The notes under the pieces: model-generated | What the model was told of the DNA's origin: nothing | What the model saw: only the letters and a program-made list of their open reading frames with translations | Database searches by the model: none | Program-made: the position numbers and the translations under genes | Shown here: positions 1 through 12,245 of the stretch, in pieces | How positions within the stretch are numbered: the first letter of the stretch is position 1 | How the letters are laid out: each line of letters opens with the position of its first letter | Assembly (NCBI RefSeq): GCF_006345805.1 | Contig: NC_042998.1 | Location: forward strand, 199,392,001 to 199,456,000 | Source of the DNA: Octopus sinensis | Taxonomy: Eukaryota | DNA: 64,000 bases | Reading direction: 5' to 3'

Positions 1-171
1 TTTTGTAAAATTAATCCCATCCCACAAGGGAAAATTGAAAAAAGAGGAAAACTACGACAAAAAAAAACCCCAAAAAACCTAAAAAACCACGAAAACTACA
101 AAAAAAAAATTATATAAATAAATAAAATATCGCTTTGTCCTCCGAATAGCTAAATCATATTAAGAACATCT

Positions 172-397
172 TTAAGGCGGCGAGCTGGCAGAAACGTTAG
201 CACGCCGGGCGAAATGCGTTGCCGTATTTCGTCTGCCGTTACGTTCTGAGTTCAAATTCCGCCGAGGTCGACTTTGCTTTTCATCCTTTCGGGGTCGATA
301 AATTAATTACCAGTTAGGCACTGGGGTCGATGTAATCGACTTGATCCGTTTGTCTGTCCCTTCTATATTTAGCCCCTTGCGGGCAATAAGGAAACAA
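172..397 (+). mobile_element. SINE-A (tRNA-derived SINE), full length
   Basis: Head GGCGGCGAGCTGGCAG with A-box/B-box-like motifs (GAGTTCAAATTCC). 15-bp TSD ATATTAAGAACATCT at 157-171 and 398-412. Many homologous copies in the window. Confidence 0.9.
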
Positions 398-467
398 ATA
401 TTAAGAACATCTAAGCTATTGTAATTGTAAATCAGCTTATTGAAAGCCTGCCAAATATATAAATATA

Positions 468-883
468 TATTTCTTTATTTCCCACAAGGGGCTACACACA
501 GAGGAGACAAACAAGGACAGACACACGGATTAAGTCGATTACATCGACCCCAGTGCGAAACTGGTACTTTATTTATCGATCCCGAAAGGATGATAGGCAA
601 AGTCGACCTCGGCGGAATTTGAACTCAGAACGTAACGACTGACGAAATACCTATTTCTTTACTACCCACAAGGGGCTAAACACAGCGAGGACAAACAAGG
701 ACAGACAAAGAGATTAAGTTGATTACATCAACACCAGTGCGAAACTGGTACTTTATTTATCGATCCCGAAAAGATGAAAGGCAAAGTCGACCTCGGCGGA
801 ATTTGAACTAACAACGTAACGACAGACGAAATACCGCTAAGCATTTCACCCGGCGCGCTAACGATTCTGCCAGCTCGCCGCCT
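468..883 (-). mobile_element. SINE-A dimer (one head plus two body units)
   Basis: Two ~180-bp units joined at GAAATAC/CTATTTC. A single 17-bp TSD CCAAATATATAAATATA at 451-467 and 884-900. Confidence 0.9.
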
Positions 884-927
884 CCAAATATATAAATATA
901 ATCTTCTATTACGGCATACTTGTATAA

Positions 928-2640
928 CACTAGGCAACAAAGATTTTGTTAGAGGACCAAATTGGTGTTCCGAGCTAATTTCGGTATGCTAATTTCAAAT
1001 CTATAATTAGATTTTTCTATCATTTTTCTATCACGTGTGTAAAATGCAAATCACTTTGCAAAATTTCATAACACGTCTAGATGTTGGTTTTAAGTGTCTT
1101 CCTAATGCCAGTAATATGAAACTTGCTTTTCAAGGTTAAAGCAATTTTTGTTTGCCAACTCTATACAAATTCTAACAATTTTGATCAATAAAATTTGGGA
1201 ACACTGAGTCAAAAGTATTGTAACGTGACAGTCAAGTTGAGCGGTTGTTGAAGACAGCAGTTCATCTTATATAGAAATAGGGAAAGATGACGGATATGTT
1301 CCAGATGCCACTAATTCCCCACATTTTGTAAGTCAACTGGATGTAAAATGCGATTTGGCATTAGCAAAGAAAAACTAGAGTTGCTCGGTTCCAGACTTTT
1401 CTCGTTTCCGTCATTGGCATCTCTAGTTTTCATCCTTTTACTTAGCGGAGTAAAACGTTTGTTCCTGCCACGATATCAATGACCTGAAGGAAAGGATTGG
1501 CTTTCGCTATGATCCAAAAGAATGGAGACTGTTCATGGACTCTAGTAAAGCTAGTCTAAAGTTATATTACTGCACAACGGCAATGAAAAACCTTCAATAC
1601 CTGCAGCACATGTCATAGGATTTAATGAGACATGAATCGGTGGAGCTGCTGCTAAGACTCATCAAATATAAGGACCACATATGTAATATTTATGGTGACC
1701 TTAAAGCCGTGTCATTATTTCTTGAGTTACAGCTGAGCTACACAGAGCACATGTGCTTTTTGTGTCCGTGGAACAGCAGATATGACAAGAATCACTACAA
1801 AAAATATGATTGGCTATCTAGAACTGAAGGGTTGTTGACAAACAAGAATGTGTAACACCCAGCACTTATTCACCCTCAGAAAGTACATCTTCCACCACTT
1901 CACATTAAACGTGGCCTTATGAAAAATTTCGTGAAGGTATGGACCATCAAGTTAGTGGTTTCCAATATTTAAAGGATAGATTCAAATGGATATTGACAGA
2001 TGCTATGTTAGAAGCTGGAGCTTTCACTGGACCACAGATCCGCAGTATGACTCATCGTTTCCATGAATTCTAAAGGAGAATGAACTAGGTACATCTTTTG
2101 TTGAAGTTGTCAAAGATTTTCTAGGAAACCACAAAGCTGAAAACCACTGTGAACTCAGAAAACATGCTTAAAATTTATGAAAATATGGGATGAAGAATAT
2201 CTTTGAAAATGTATTTTTTAAATCTCATCTCATGTGAGATTACTGTTGTATTGTTGGTTCCTACAAGCGACAAAGGAAGAGGAAACACCAAAATTTCATT
2301 TAAGAACAATAAGTTGTCTATCGGTAGTAACAACAAAATACTAACATGTATTAGATGGATGGTTGGGTGCAAGAGTGGTGACTCCGACAGCAGAATTCTG
2401 TTGTCTGAACTAAACCAGAGAAAGGAGTTAAGATATCCCTGTTCACTAATTATTTCAGTATGCTTAACATAAAAGCGGTACGGAAAAGTAGCTTGAACGG
2501 CTTTCGTCACAGAAGCGGGTGAGTAAAGAAGGAAAATAGAAGTTTTCGGTTACTCAAAAAATCTGGACGTGATAGAGAAATTTAGAGATTAGATCTGAAA
2601 TTAGTATCAGAAATTTGGTAGGAACCATTAGTTCATGTGA
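928..2640 (+). mobile_element. Decayed DNA transposon, Chapaev3/CMC-like (family assignment tentative)
   Basis: Frameshifted transposase motifs IYGDLKAVSLFLELQLSYTEHMCFLCPWNSR and downstream LHIKRGLMKNFVK and GPQIR-like segments. Starts with CAC. Family recalled from knowledge, not searched. Confidence 0.65.
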
Positions 2641-3143
2641 CTGTACCAAAAAAAAAAAAATGAATTCATGTAATTTGAAAGAATATTGATTTGTGAACGC
2701 GTGTGTTCTGAGAATAAACGGTTCAAGGTCAATAAGCAATTAAACAAATTATGAGTTACCTCCCTTACTATTTTATTTACGACTTTCATAAGATACGTGT
2801 TTACGTTGTATCAAACATGGAAAGGTAACGATTGTTTAACGATGCATTGTCAGCGCGCGTACATACAGACACAAACACGCTAGAGTTGCTTTTCTTCGTT
2901 GGCTTTCGTTTATTGTTATAGAAATTACTATCACCCCCCCCCTCTAAAATCTGATCAGCGATGTCGATTATGTCAAAATATGTCTGTTGTTACAGTCACC
3001 GCAATAAAAATCTAACTTTCAGTAAATTTTATGAAAGATGGATTAAGGGTAAATTCAAAGGCAAAACTTTGTGAACTCGGTGCTTAGAAACCCGTGTGAT
3101 TCCAGAGCAGGTCTGATATATCGTTGGTATGATTCATCGTGGA

Positions 3144-3379
3144 TTGAAGGCAGCGAGCTGGCAGAAACGTTAGCACGCCGGGCGAAATGCGTCGCCGTAT
3201 TTCGTCTGCAGTTATGTTCTGAGTTCAAATTCCGCCGAGGACGGCTTTGCCTTTCATCCTCTCGGGGTCGATTAAATAAGAACCAGTTTCGCACTGGGGT
3301 CGATATAATCGACTTAATCCGTTTGTCTGTCATTGTTTGTCCTCTTTGTGTTTAGCCCCTTGTGGGTAGTAAAGAAATA
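3144..3379 (+). mobile_element. SINE-A, full length
   Basis: 18-bp TSD GGTATGATTCATCGTGGA at 3126-3143 and 3380-3397. Confidence 0.9.
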
Positions 3380-3634
3380 GGTATGATTCATCGTGGAACG
3401 GGTTGGTTCTATATCTGATCTTCGCAAGACCTTAGTAAACACGGTTGAAATCAAAGCAGGGTCGTGTTGGCACACGGATGACCATACGGTTATCGTGTGG
3501 GATGCGAAAGAAACTGAAATGCTTGGAGCAACACTTAAGAAATCAGACCTTATAAAAATTACGCATAGTAACCAGGACAAATCAGTAGACCTGGAACAAG
3601 GCATATATATATTTATATATGCCATCTTTATATA

Positions 3635-3955
3635 TTGAGGCACGTATATATATAGTATGTATTGTTACGGCCCAACAGTCAGTCACTACGTGACAGTCAA
3701 GTTGAGCGGTTGTTGAAGACAGCAGTTCATTTGATATAGAAATAGGGAAAGATGACGGATGTGTTCCAGATGCCACTAATTCCCCACATTTTGTAAGTCA
3801 ACCGGATGTTAAATGCAATTTGGCATTACCAAAGAAAAACTAGAGTTGCTCGGTTCCAGACTTCAAGAATGAATCCTTCTGCCAAACACTAAAGTTTCTC
3901 CTTTCCGTCATTGGTATCTCCAATTATCTGATAGAAGGTAATATACGTGCCTCAA
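3635..3955. mobile_element. MITE-like element carrying an internal piece of the Chapaev-like transposon
   Basis: Perfect 15-bp inverted repeat TTGAGGCACGTATAT (3635-3649 / 3941-3955). The interior is a near copy of about 1225-1420. Confidence 0.55.
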
Positions 3956-4409
3956 GTTAACATTGAATTAAACTCGGGAACATGCTTTTGTAGTCTCGTG
4001 TTTGAGACATGTTTTATAGTAATTATGGGGTGCTAATTTCAAAAATGAAATCCATATTTCTCTATTACGTCAAAATTCTTTGCAAACTCAAATGTTCTTT
4101 TTCAACATTTCCGGTATTTGCAACACTTTAAAGGATAGACTCGGCTTCATTAAATGCAGACATACGTATGAAACTTGACATAACTTTGAAAACATAGATT
4201 TCAATATCACTTAGATTAAATGCGACTACAAAACTGAAAATAAAATCTTTATTTAACTACCTTCAGTAAATAAGAAGCATTAAACTTGAGCAACTTTCAC
4301 TATTTTCAGTTTAACCAGTTTTAAATGTCATGATGCTGAGAGAAATGTCCTTTATAAAATTAGAGAATCCGGTTCTATTTTTAAGAGATGAGGAATTATG
4401 AATATTATA

Positions 4410-4735
<326 letters not shown>

Positions 4736-4831
4736 TTCTTCTTCTTCTTCTTCTTCTTCTTCTTCTTCTTCTTCTTCTTCTTCTTCTCTTCTTCCTCTCC
4801 TCCTCCTCCTCCTCCTCCTTCTTCTTCTTCT

Positions 4832-4866
<35 letters not shown>

Positions 4867-4883
4867 TTCTTATCATTATTAAT

Positions 4884-5047
4884 CAGTGACCCAAATAGTA
4901 ACAACAACAAAATATACCTTAAGAATGAGAACCCAGGTTCGATATTTCCCCAAGACACCTGATGTAGGCTGGAGTATATATCAACCGAAACGTTGTGTTA
5001 ACAACAAACAAGATGAGGACAAATATCCGTCAAATGTAAACAATGTA
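4884..5047 (+). mobile_element. SINE-H, 5'-truncated copy inverted relative to 4410-4735
   Basis: Begins with the head end CAGTGACC and a (CAA)n linker. The body is the reverse complement of about 4410-4560. Confidence 0.75.
4954..4999 (+). ncRNA. Type I hammerhead ribozyme motif, degenerate
   Basis: GACAC-CTGATGT-A-GGCTG...CAACC-GAAAC-GTT-GTGTT. Stem I is GACAC/GTGTT. A9 is replaced by T, and stem II has one mismatch (CAGCC in the sister copy). Confidence 0.7.
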
Positions 5048-5109
5048 GATAGTGTATAAAATTAGATGTTAATAAACAACACCTTTCTGTGGTACTTGAC
5101 ATCATACAC

Positions 5110-5415
5110 GACTCATATTTGTGGAATTTTTCTGCAGCTCTCCCATGAAATCCAGCTTTGTGGAAAGTGGGTTCTAGAGGTGATCATTAAGCTCTGAAGT
5201 AATTTTGGGAGCTGTACTTTTGCAATCCTTTCTAACAATTCGTGTCCGACGGTCCTTGTCTGAAAGTTTTGGTTTTCTTCCGGTGTTTTGTTTCGACGAG
5301 GAGGTTTTTCCCTCTTATTCAAAGGCAGTCATTACTTTCGAGGCAGTACTTCTTGATACACCAAATATTTCGTCTGTTTTCGTTACGCTAGCGCCTGCCA
5401 TACGCATGCTTTGAC
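5110..5415 (-). mobile_element. Tc1-like transposase 5' fragment (same family as 7727-8955)
   Basis: Close nucleotide match to about 8450-8735. Confidence 0.8.
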
Positions 5416-5479
5416 ATGTTTTGTCTCACTTAACTGTTACTTTGAATGCACCCTTAATATTTTAGTTGTAATGACACGG

Positions 5480-6804
5480 GTATCGAGGCCACTTTTTATT
5501 AAGCATGGTCAAAGAACTGAAAAAAGTACGTAATGGATGCTCTTTATGGAACTTGGTCATCACAGATCTGCATTTGCTTACTTTATAACTGTTGACGATT
5601 CTAAAAATGCTTTTCCTAGGTGACAACTGGCCTCAATATCTGTTTTGTATTCCAGAATAATGACAGTTGTGAGAGATGAGAAGGCAAAAGCAGCCCCGAT
5701 ATCTTCTGTTATATTTGTGGATATTACGTTTTACCTAAGCAGTGAAACATAATCACAGATTTTGTGAAGAAAGCTTACCTTACTTTAGCATGAAACTGGG
5801 TGGCCGGGACAAAGCCTATGTAACCATACACTGTGTAAAGCATATGTTGAAACACTGAAAAAGCTTCCAGCTTTGTCTTGCGAGAAAATTAAGGTTGGTG
5901 TGCTTGACGGGCCACAGGTTAGGTGACTGTTGCAAGACGAACAGCTTTGGAGAACATGTCTGGCTTTAAGAAAGATGCATGGAATTCTTTTACTGCATTT
6001 GTGTTTGGTTTTATGCGAAACAGGAAGTCATCAAATTATGAAGTACTTGTACAGACCCTGTTAACCAGTTTTCGAGCAATGTACTGTAATGTGAGTGTAA
6101 TAGTACATGTCCTTCACAGTCCTATGGATTACTTCTCTGAAAATCGCTGGGCAATAAGTAGTGAGCAAGGAGAAAGATTCCATTAAGTTATTGAGACCAT
6201 AGAGGAGTGTATCAAGGCAGGTGGAACACAAATATGATGGCTGACTACTGCTGGTCTCTGCAAAGAGATTGTTGTGATGCAAGTTAGTCACACAAAACAG
6301 CAAAGAATAAGTTCACCTCCTGAACCCTAGTTTAACAGAAATGTTTATTCCAAGATATGCAATTCAATTCAATTCAGTTCAATTTTTATTGGCTCAAAAA
6401 GCAAAAGCAAGGTCATTTAAGGGGACAGGGAGTTATGTACAGGGAGGGTGGTCATACAAAGAGTTCAGGCCATTTCTAGTCAAGAGAGACTTTGAACCGA
6501 GCGGTCGTCGGCATCTTCACTATCTCGTCCGGCAGCTTATTCCACGGATCCGCAATTAAACAGTTTCTGTAATATATTTCATAAACAATAAAAAGTACTT
6601 TTTGGTTTCTGTTAGTTTCTTATTTCAGTATTGCAGGTAATGTCAAAATTGACATGTTTTGATAAAAAATGAATCCCTATTTAACAAAATACTTGACACG
6701 ATAAAACATTTCTGAGGGCATTTCTGATCCAGCACCATCAAATTAAGAAGAAGTAATAGTAACAGATAAGACAACTAAAAAATTTTCGAAAATGTTTCTC
6801 AGTG
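5480..6804 (+). mobile_element. Decayed Chapaev3/CMC-like transposon (second, diverged relic)
   Basis: KIKVGVLDGPQVR and DAWNSFTAFV...HVLHSPMDYFSENRWAISSEQGERFH, homologous to the C-terminal part of the same transposase family. Ends with ...CTCAGTG. Confidence 0.6.
6358..6556 (-). mobile_element. CR1-type LINE 3' end inserted in the transposon relic
   Basis: Near-identical to about 57285-57460, whose minus-strand ORF is a CR1 RT C-terminus. (TTGAA)n-type tail. Confidence 0.8.
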
Positions 6805-7244
6805 CTATCAATAAAATAATAAAAGCATTCGACCGGACCAATTACCTACAAACAATTATGCTTATTGAGAAATCCACGCGAAGAAAACCGAATAAAATAT
6901 CAAAAATTACCGGTTACTCTTCCCAAGGGAGGCTACTCTTGTACAACTTACTGAACTTATATTTCCATAGACAGTCGCACAAATTTTTCCTATCCAAAAT
7001 CCAATACTATTTTCCTGTCATACTGCGAAATACATATCTCACCTCCCAATAATTTAGGCACTATACACGCAGACAAACAGGCAGTCAGGCAGACAGGCAC
7101 GAAGGCAGGCACGACGCACGCAACGACGTACACAAATGTATGCACTAATTCAGAGATTCGATGGAGTTATGTCCCCTGTCGAGAAGCAGTTATTACTTTT
7201 CGAATCTAATATAAAGTCTTCTATAGTCTTTTCTACTTCTATAG

Positions 7245-7726
7245 TCTTTTCTACAAGGCCCGGAATTTTGGGGGAGGAACCAGTACACAACCGGTACTTA
7301 ATTTATCGACCCCGAAAGAATGAAGGGCAAAGTCGACCTCGGCGGAATTCGAACTCAGAACGTAAAGACACGCGAAATACCTATTTCTTTACCACCCACA
7401 AGGGGCTAAACATAGAGAGGACAAACAAGGACAGACAAACGAATTAAGTCGATTGCATCGACCCCAGTGCGTAACTGGTACTTATTTATCGACTCCGAAA
7501 GGAAAAATGCAAAGTCGACGTCGGCAGAATTTGAACTCTGAACGTACACGCAGACGAAATACCTATTTCTTTACTACCCACAAGGGCTAAACACAGAGGG
7601 GACAAACAAGGACAGACAACACGGATTAAGTCGATTACATCGATCCAGTGGTAACTGGTACTTAATTTATAGACCCCGAAAGGATGAAAGGCAAGTCGAC
7701 CTCTGGCGGAATTTGAACTCAGAACG
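7245..7726 (-). mobile_element. SINE-A/A2 trimer, head missing
   Basis: Three body units joined at GAAATAC/CTATTTC. The leftmost unit has the alternative A2 tail (CAAGGCCCGGAATTTTGGGGGAGG). Confidence 0.85.
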
Positions 7727-8955
7727 CAAGCGGTTTGAACAAAATAATAGAAACACCTTAAAATGCCAAACAAATTTATTTTAATATGGGGTAGGCCCCA
7801 TAATTACGGCTTGAATTCTATGAGGTGTGGACTCATACAAAGTTTGAATTGTTTCTCAAGGAAATTTTGTCCATTCTTCAACTAAAACAGTCTCTAGTTC
7901 TTGTAGTGATGTTGGTGGAGGATATCGATTCCTTACTTGTTTTTCTAAAATGCACCATAAATGTTCAATAATATTGAGATCTGGAGACTGTAGTGGCCAG
8001 ATAAGATGTTCAACTTCACTAGAATGTTCCTCATGCCATTCAGTAACAACTTTAGCTGTGTGAATTGGTGCATTATCATCCTGAAAGATTGTGTTACTCT
8101 CCAGAAACAGTTCTGCAACAATAGGGTAAATTAGATTACATAAAATGCTTAAATAGTCTTGATTATTAATTCTGCCACGAAGGGAAACCACTGGGCCAAT
8201 GGATTTCCAAGATATAGCCCCCCCCCCCAGATCATCACAGATCCTCCTCCAAGTCTAACAGTTGGATGAAGGCAGTCTGGGTCAAATGCTTCTTTTGGCT
8301 GTCTCTACACGTATACTCGGCTGGTGGTCGGAAATAGGATAAAGGATGACTCGTCCGAGAAAATAATATTCTTCCACTGCTCTAGGGACCAATTCTGTAG
8401 GTTTTTACTCCACTCTAAACGCTTTGCAACGTTCATTTTTGAAAGTAGTGGTTTTCTGATTGCAGCTCTCCCATTAAATCCGGCTTTGTGGAAAGTGGGT
8501 TCTGGAGGTGGTCATTAAGCTCTGCAGTAATTTTGGGAGCTGTACTTTTGCGATCCTTTCTAACAATTCGTGTCCGACGGTCCTTGTCTGAAAGTTTTGC
8601 TTTTCTTCCGGTGTTTTGTTCCGACGAGGAGGTTTTTCCCTCTTTTTCAAAGCTGTCATTACTTTCGAGACAGTACTTCTTGATACACCAATCATTTCAT
8701 CTGTTTTCGTTTCGCTAGCGCCTGCCATACGACCTCTTTGAAAGTTCGATAGATCAGTCATTTTGATAAATTTTAATTACCTTTTTCTGATGATATCTGA
8801 AAAGAAACAGTAATTTTATCAAAACTTATTAAGTAACACCAATAATAAATTTAAAAAAACAACATAAAAATAAACAAGCTTTTGACGGTTTTATTGATAT
8901 TTGTTAATCATGATGCTATGATGCTAGGGGTTTCCACTATTTTGTCCAAACCCTG
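7727..8955 (-). mobile_element. Tc1-like DNA transposon, DD36E transposase pseudogene
   Basis: Terminal inverted repeats (TIRs) CAGGGTTTGGACAAAATAGTGGAAAC-like at both ends. ORF pieces contain the HTH region and FQDDNAPIH...SPDLNIIE, with 36 residues between the second D and E. Frameshifted. Confidence 0.9.
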
Positions 8956-9112
8956 TATATACGACGGACCTTCTTTAAGTTTCTGTCTACCAAACCCACT
9001 CACAAGCCTTTGGTCGGTTCGAGACTATAGTACGAGACACGCGCCCAAGTTGTCGCACAGAGGTATTGAAACTAAGTCTACATGGTTGGGAAGCAAACTT
9101 CCCACACCGCCT
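8956..9112 (-). mobile_element. SINE-D (CORE-like) 5' portion
   Basis: Homologous to the right part of the full copy at 44656-45054. Confidence 0.7.
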
Positions 9113-9469
9113 ATACTACACAGTTGCATCCACGCTTATGTGTGCATATAATATCGAAAATGCTTTTACTTTTTCAAGGGATACAGGGTTACTACTTTTA
9201 GCAACACCACCGATCACATAAATAATCTTTCGGCTTCTGTGTGGTGTATATGTATGTACGTATGTATGTGTTTATGTGTATGGGTTTGTATGGATATATA
9301 CATACACACACATACGAACATATATATAACAAATGCGAAAAACTAACTTCTGTGTCTCAGTGTGTCACACTTAAACCCCCTCTCTCATTATTCAATAACA
9401 CTCCTACTATTCCTCATGATGGGGTAAGAGTAATACTAGTAATACTAGAGACGGTGAGGACGGTGGCGA

Positions 9470-9519
<50 letters not shown>

Positions 9520-9698
9520 GGAAAGAGAAAGAGAAAGAGAGACAAAAAAATTTAGGGAGAGTTGATGTTGTTTTATTAAAAGTGAGAGAAAGAGGGAGAC
9601 GATGTATAACTTTGTTTAACCATATCGTTTTGACAGAAATTCTTGTCACCTACATACTGAACACTATCATTATTGTGTTATCTTTTGTTTTCTTTAAT

Positions 9699-9729
<31 letters not shown>

Positions 9730-9829
9730 TGAAATACTTTTTAATTGAAATAAAGATTCCTCAAAACTAAACATATCTAATATAATAAATGTTGATGTGG
9801 GTGTGTCACATTTTCTCAGCTTTAATAAA

Positions 9830-10185
9830 TCCTTACTACTGGAAGCACTCAAAGCCCCCAAATTTTGGGGGAACGGATTAAGTCGACTACATCGACCCCA
9901 GTAAGTAACTGGCACTAATTTTATCGACCCCGAAAGGATGAAAGGCAAAGTCGACGTCTGCGGAATTCGAACTCAAATCCTAACGGCAGACGAAATACCG
10001 CTGAACATTTCGCCCGGCGTGCTAACAATTCTACCAGCTAGCGGCCTTAATATATTATAATATTTTCTACTCTCGGTACAAGGCCCGAAATTTTGGGGGA
10101 GGGAGTCAGTCGATCAGATCGACTCCAATACGCAACTGGTACTTAATTTCGCTCGGCATGCTAACGATTCTGCCAGCTCGCTGTC
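9830..10185 (-). mobile_element. Two adjacent SINE-A/A2 copies (second internally deleted)
   Basis: Heads end at 10046 and 10185. Shared GTCGAC...TTCATCCTTTCGGGGTCGAT body. Confidence 0.8.
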
Positions 10186-10420
10186 TTAACATAATTTAAT
10201 ATAATAAATGCCACACTTTATCAACTTTACTCCAAGACGTCGTAGACCAGCATATCAGACCATTTTTTGCGACGGATATGATCATCATTGGGATATGACT
10301 GGAGGAAGCAATTGCGACAAATTCTCAAGAACATGTCAGATATCTTGTTTGCAGATCTTCCCATCCAGGGTCAGTTGCTTAAAAGCTAGTGTAATATATA
10401 TATATATATATATATATATA

Positions 10421-10550
10421 GATGATGAGACGACAGCATAATGCAACCTTTATTCCTTCAGAATTAAGAATATGCAGTCTTCGAAACATATGTCGAAAGT
10501 AAAGGAATTTTGTTAAAATCTTCGTTCGACTCCATTCTTTTCATTTATTC
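10421..10550 (+). ncRNA. 5'-truncated hammerhead element between (TA)n runs
   Basis: (A)TGATGA-GAC..GCATA...TATGC..GTC..-GAAAC-ATAT-GTC-GAAAG. Palindromic stem III ACATATGT. C3 and the 5' strand of stem I are missing. Confidence 0.5.
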
Positions 10551-10563
10551 ATATATATATATA

Positions 10564-10595
<32 letters not shown>

Positions 10596-10841
10596 ATATA
10601 TATATATAATATCAGGGTAATAAAATTACAGAAAAATTTTACTACCAGTGGCCCAGCGTAAAAAACATTAGTCAATAGAATATATATTATTCATATAAAT
10701 ACAGTGTACATTAACACACATTAAGAGGTTTCCATCATAGGAAGCCATTACGCTAGAAAGGACTGTTAAAATCCAAACCACTAATTAGGGTTTAATTCTC
10801 GAAGGGAATGAAAAATAAAAACATTTACCATCTAATGCAAT

Positions 10842-10915
10842 CCCGGACCATGGTTTCTGACTTATTTCAGTAAAATAAAAATGATTAATTTACTGAGGCC
10901 GTCTTCATCAGCGGG
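10842..10915 (-). ncRNA. Type I hammerhead ribozyme motif
   Basis: CCCG-CTGATGA-AGAC...TCAGTAAA/TTTACTGA...GTCA-GAAAC-CATG-GTC-CGGG. Stem I CCCG/CGGG, palindromic stem III ACCATGGT. Confidence 0.75.
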
Positions 10916-11050
10916 TGAGCCTTAGATTAAATATACACACAACGAGATCAATCCGGCATGCGCAGTGGATTTGAAAAAAATTAAAATGTACAAGCAATGA
11001 GTTTACATGCTGGATTGATCTCGTTGTGTGTATATTTAATCTAAGGCTCA

Positions 11051-11123
11051 CCCGCTGATGAAACGGCCTCAGTAAATTAATGATTTTTATTTTACTGAAA
11101 TAAGTCAGAAACCATGGTCCGGG
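11051..11123 (+). ncRNA. Type I hammerhead ribozyme motif
   Basis: CCCG-CTGATGA...GAAAC-CATG-GTC-CGGG. One base is lost at the base of stem II. Confidence 0.7.
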
Positions 11124-11297
11124 ATTGGATTAGATAGTAAATATTTTTATTTTTTATTCCCTTCGAGAATTTACCCTAATTAGTGGTTTTTGATTTTAAC
11201 TGTCCTTTCTAGCGTAATGGCTTCCTATGATGGAAGCCTCTAATGTGTTTTATATATATGTATATACATACACACACACACAACACACACAACAACG

Positions 11298-11336
<39 letters not shown>

Positions 11337-11359
11337 TATATATATTATATATATATAAT

Positions 11360-11998
11360 ATCAGGGTAATAAAATTTACAGAAAAATTTTACTACCAGTG
11401 GCCCAGCGTAAAAAACATTAGTCAATAGAATATATATTATTCATATAAAATACAGTACATTAACACAATTAAGAGGTTTCATTTTCATAGGAAGCCATTA
11501 CGCTAGAAAGGACTGTTAAAATCCAAACCACTAATTAGGGTTAAATTCTCGAAGGGAATGAAAAATAAAAACATTTACCATCTAATGCAATTCCCGGACC
11601 ATGGTTTCTGACTTATTTCGTAAAATAAAAATGATTAATTTACTGAGGCCGTCTTCATCAGCGGGTGAGCCTTAGATTAAATATACACACAACGAGATCA
11701 TTCCGGCATGCGCAGTGGATTTGCAAAAAATTAAAATGTACAAGCAATGAGTTTACATGCTGGATTGATCTCGTTGTGTGTATATTTAATCTAAGGCTCA
11801 CCCGCTGATGAAACGGCCTCAGTAAATTAATGATTTTTATTTTACTAATAAGTCAGAAACCATGGTCCGGGATTGGATTAGATAGTAAATATTTTTATTT
11901 TTTATTCCCTTCGAGAATTTAACCTAATTAGTGGTTTGGATTTTAACTGTCCTTTCTAGCGTAATGGCTTCCTATGATGGAAGCCTCTTAATGTGTTT
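11360..11998. mobile_element. Fold-back HHR element, unit 2 (tandem duplicate; HHRs at 11593-11665 minus and 11801-11871 plus)
   Basis: Near-identical to 10611-11250, period about 749 bp. Confidence 0.8.
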
Positions 11999-12080
11999 TA
12001 TATATATGTATATACATACACACACACACACCACACCACACGCACTATATATATATATATATATAATATATAATATAGAT

Positions 12081-12118
<38 letters not shown>

Positions 12119-12200
12119 CATGGCACATAGCGATCACTGTGAAAGTAATCGTGCTTTTACAGTATGCTACCAGGTGTGAACCATTTCTTTTATTATCCAA

Positions 12201-12245
<45 letters not shown>

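Larger units (their letters stand above)
10611..11250. mobile_element. Fold-back HHR element, unit 1 (Penelope/retrozyme-like)
   Basis: Arms at about 10713-10970 and 11006-11250 with a 35-bp spacer. One HHR per arm. Abuts (TA)n. Confidence 0.8.

Noticed and set aside
8787-8810. CTGATGA...GAAAC
   Set aside because: No helices form, and it lies inside the Tc1 5' UTR.
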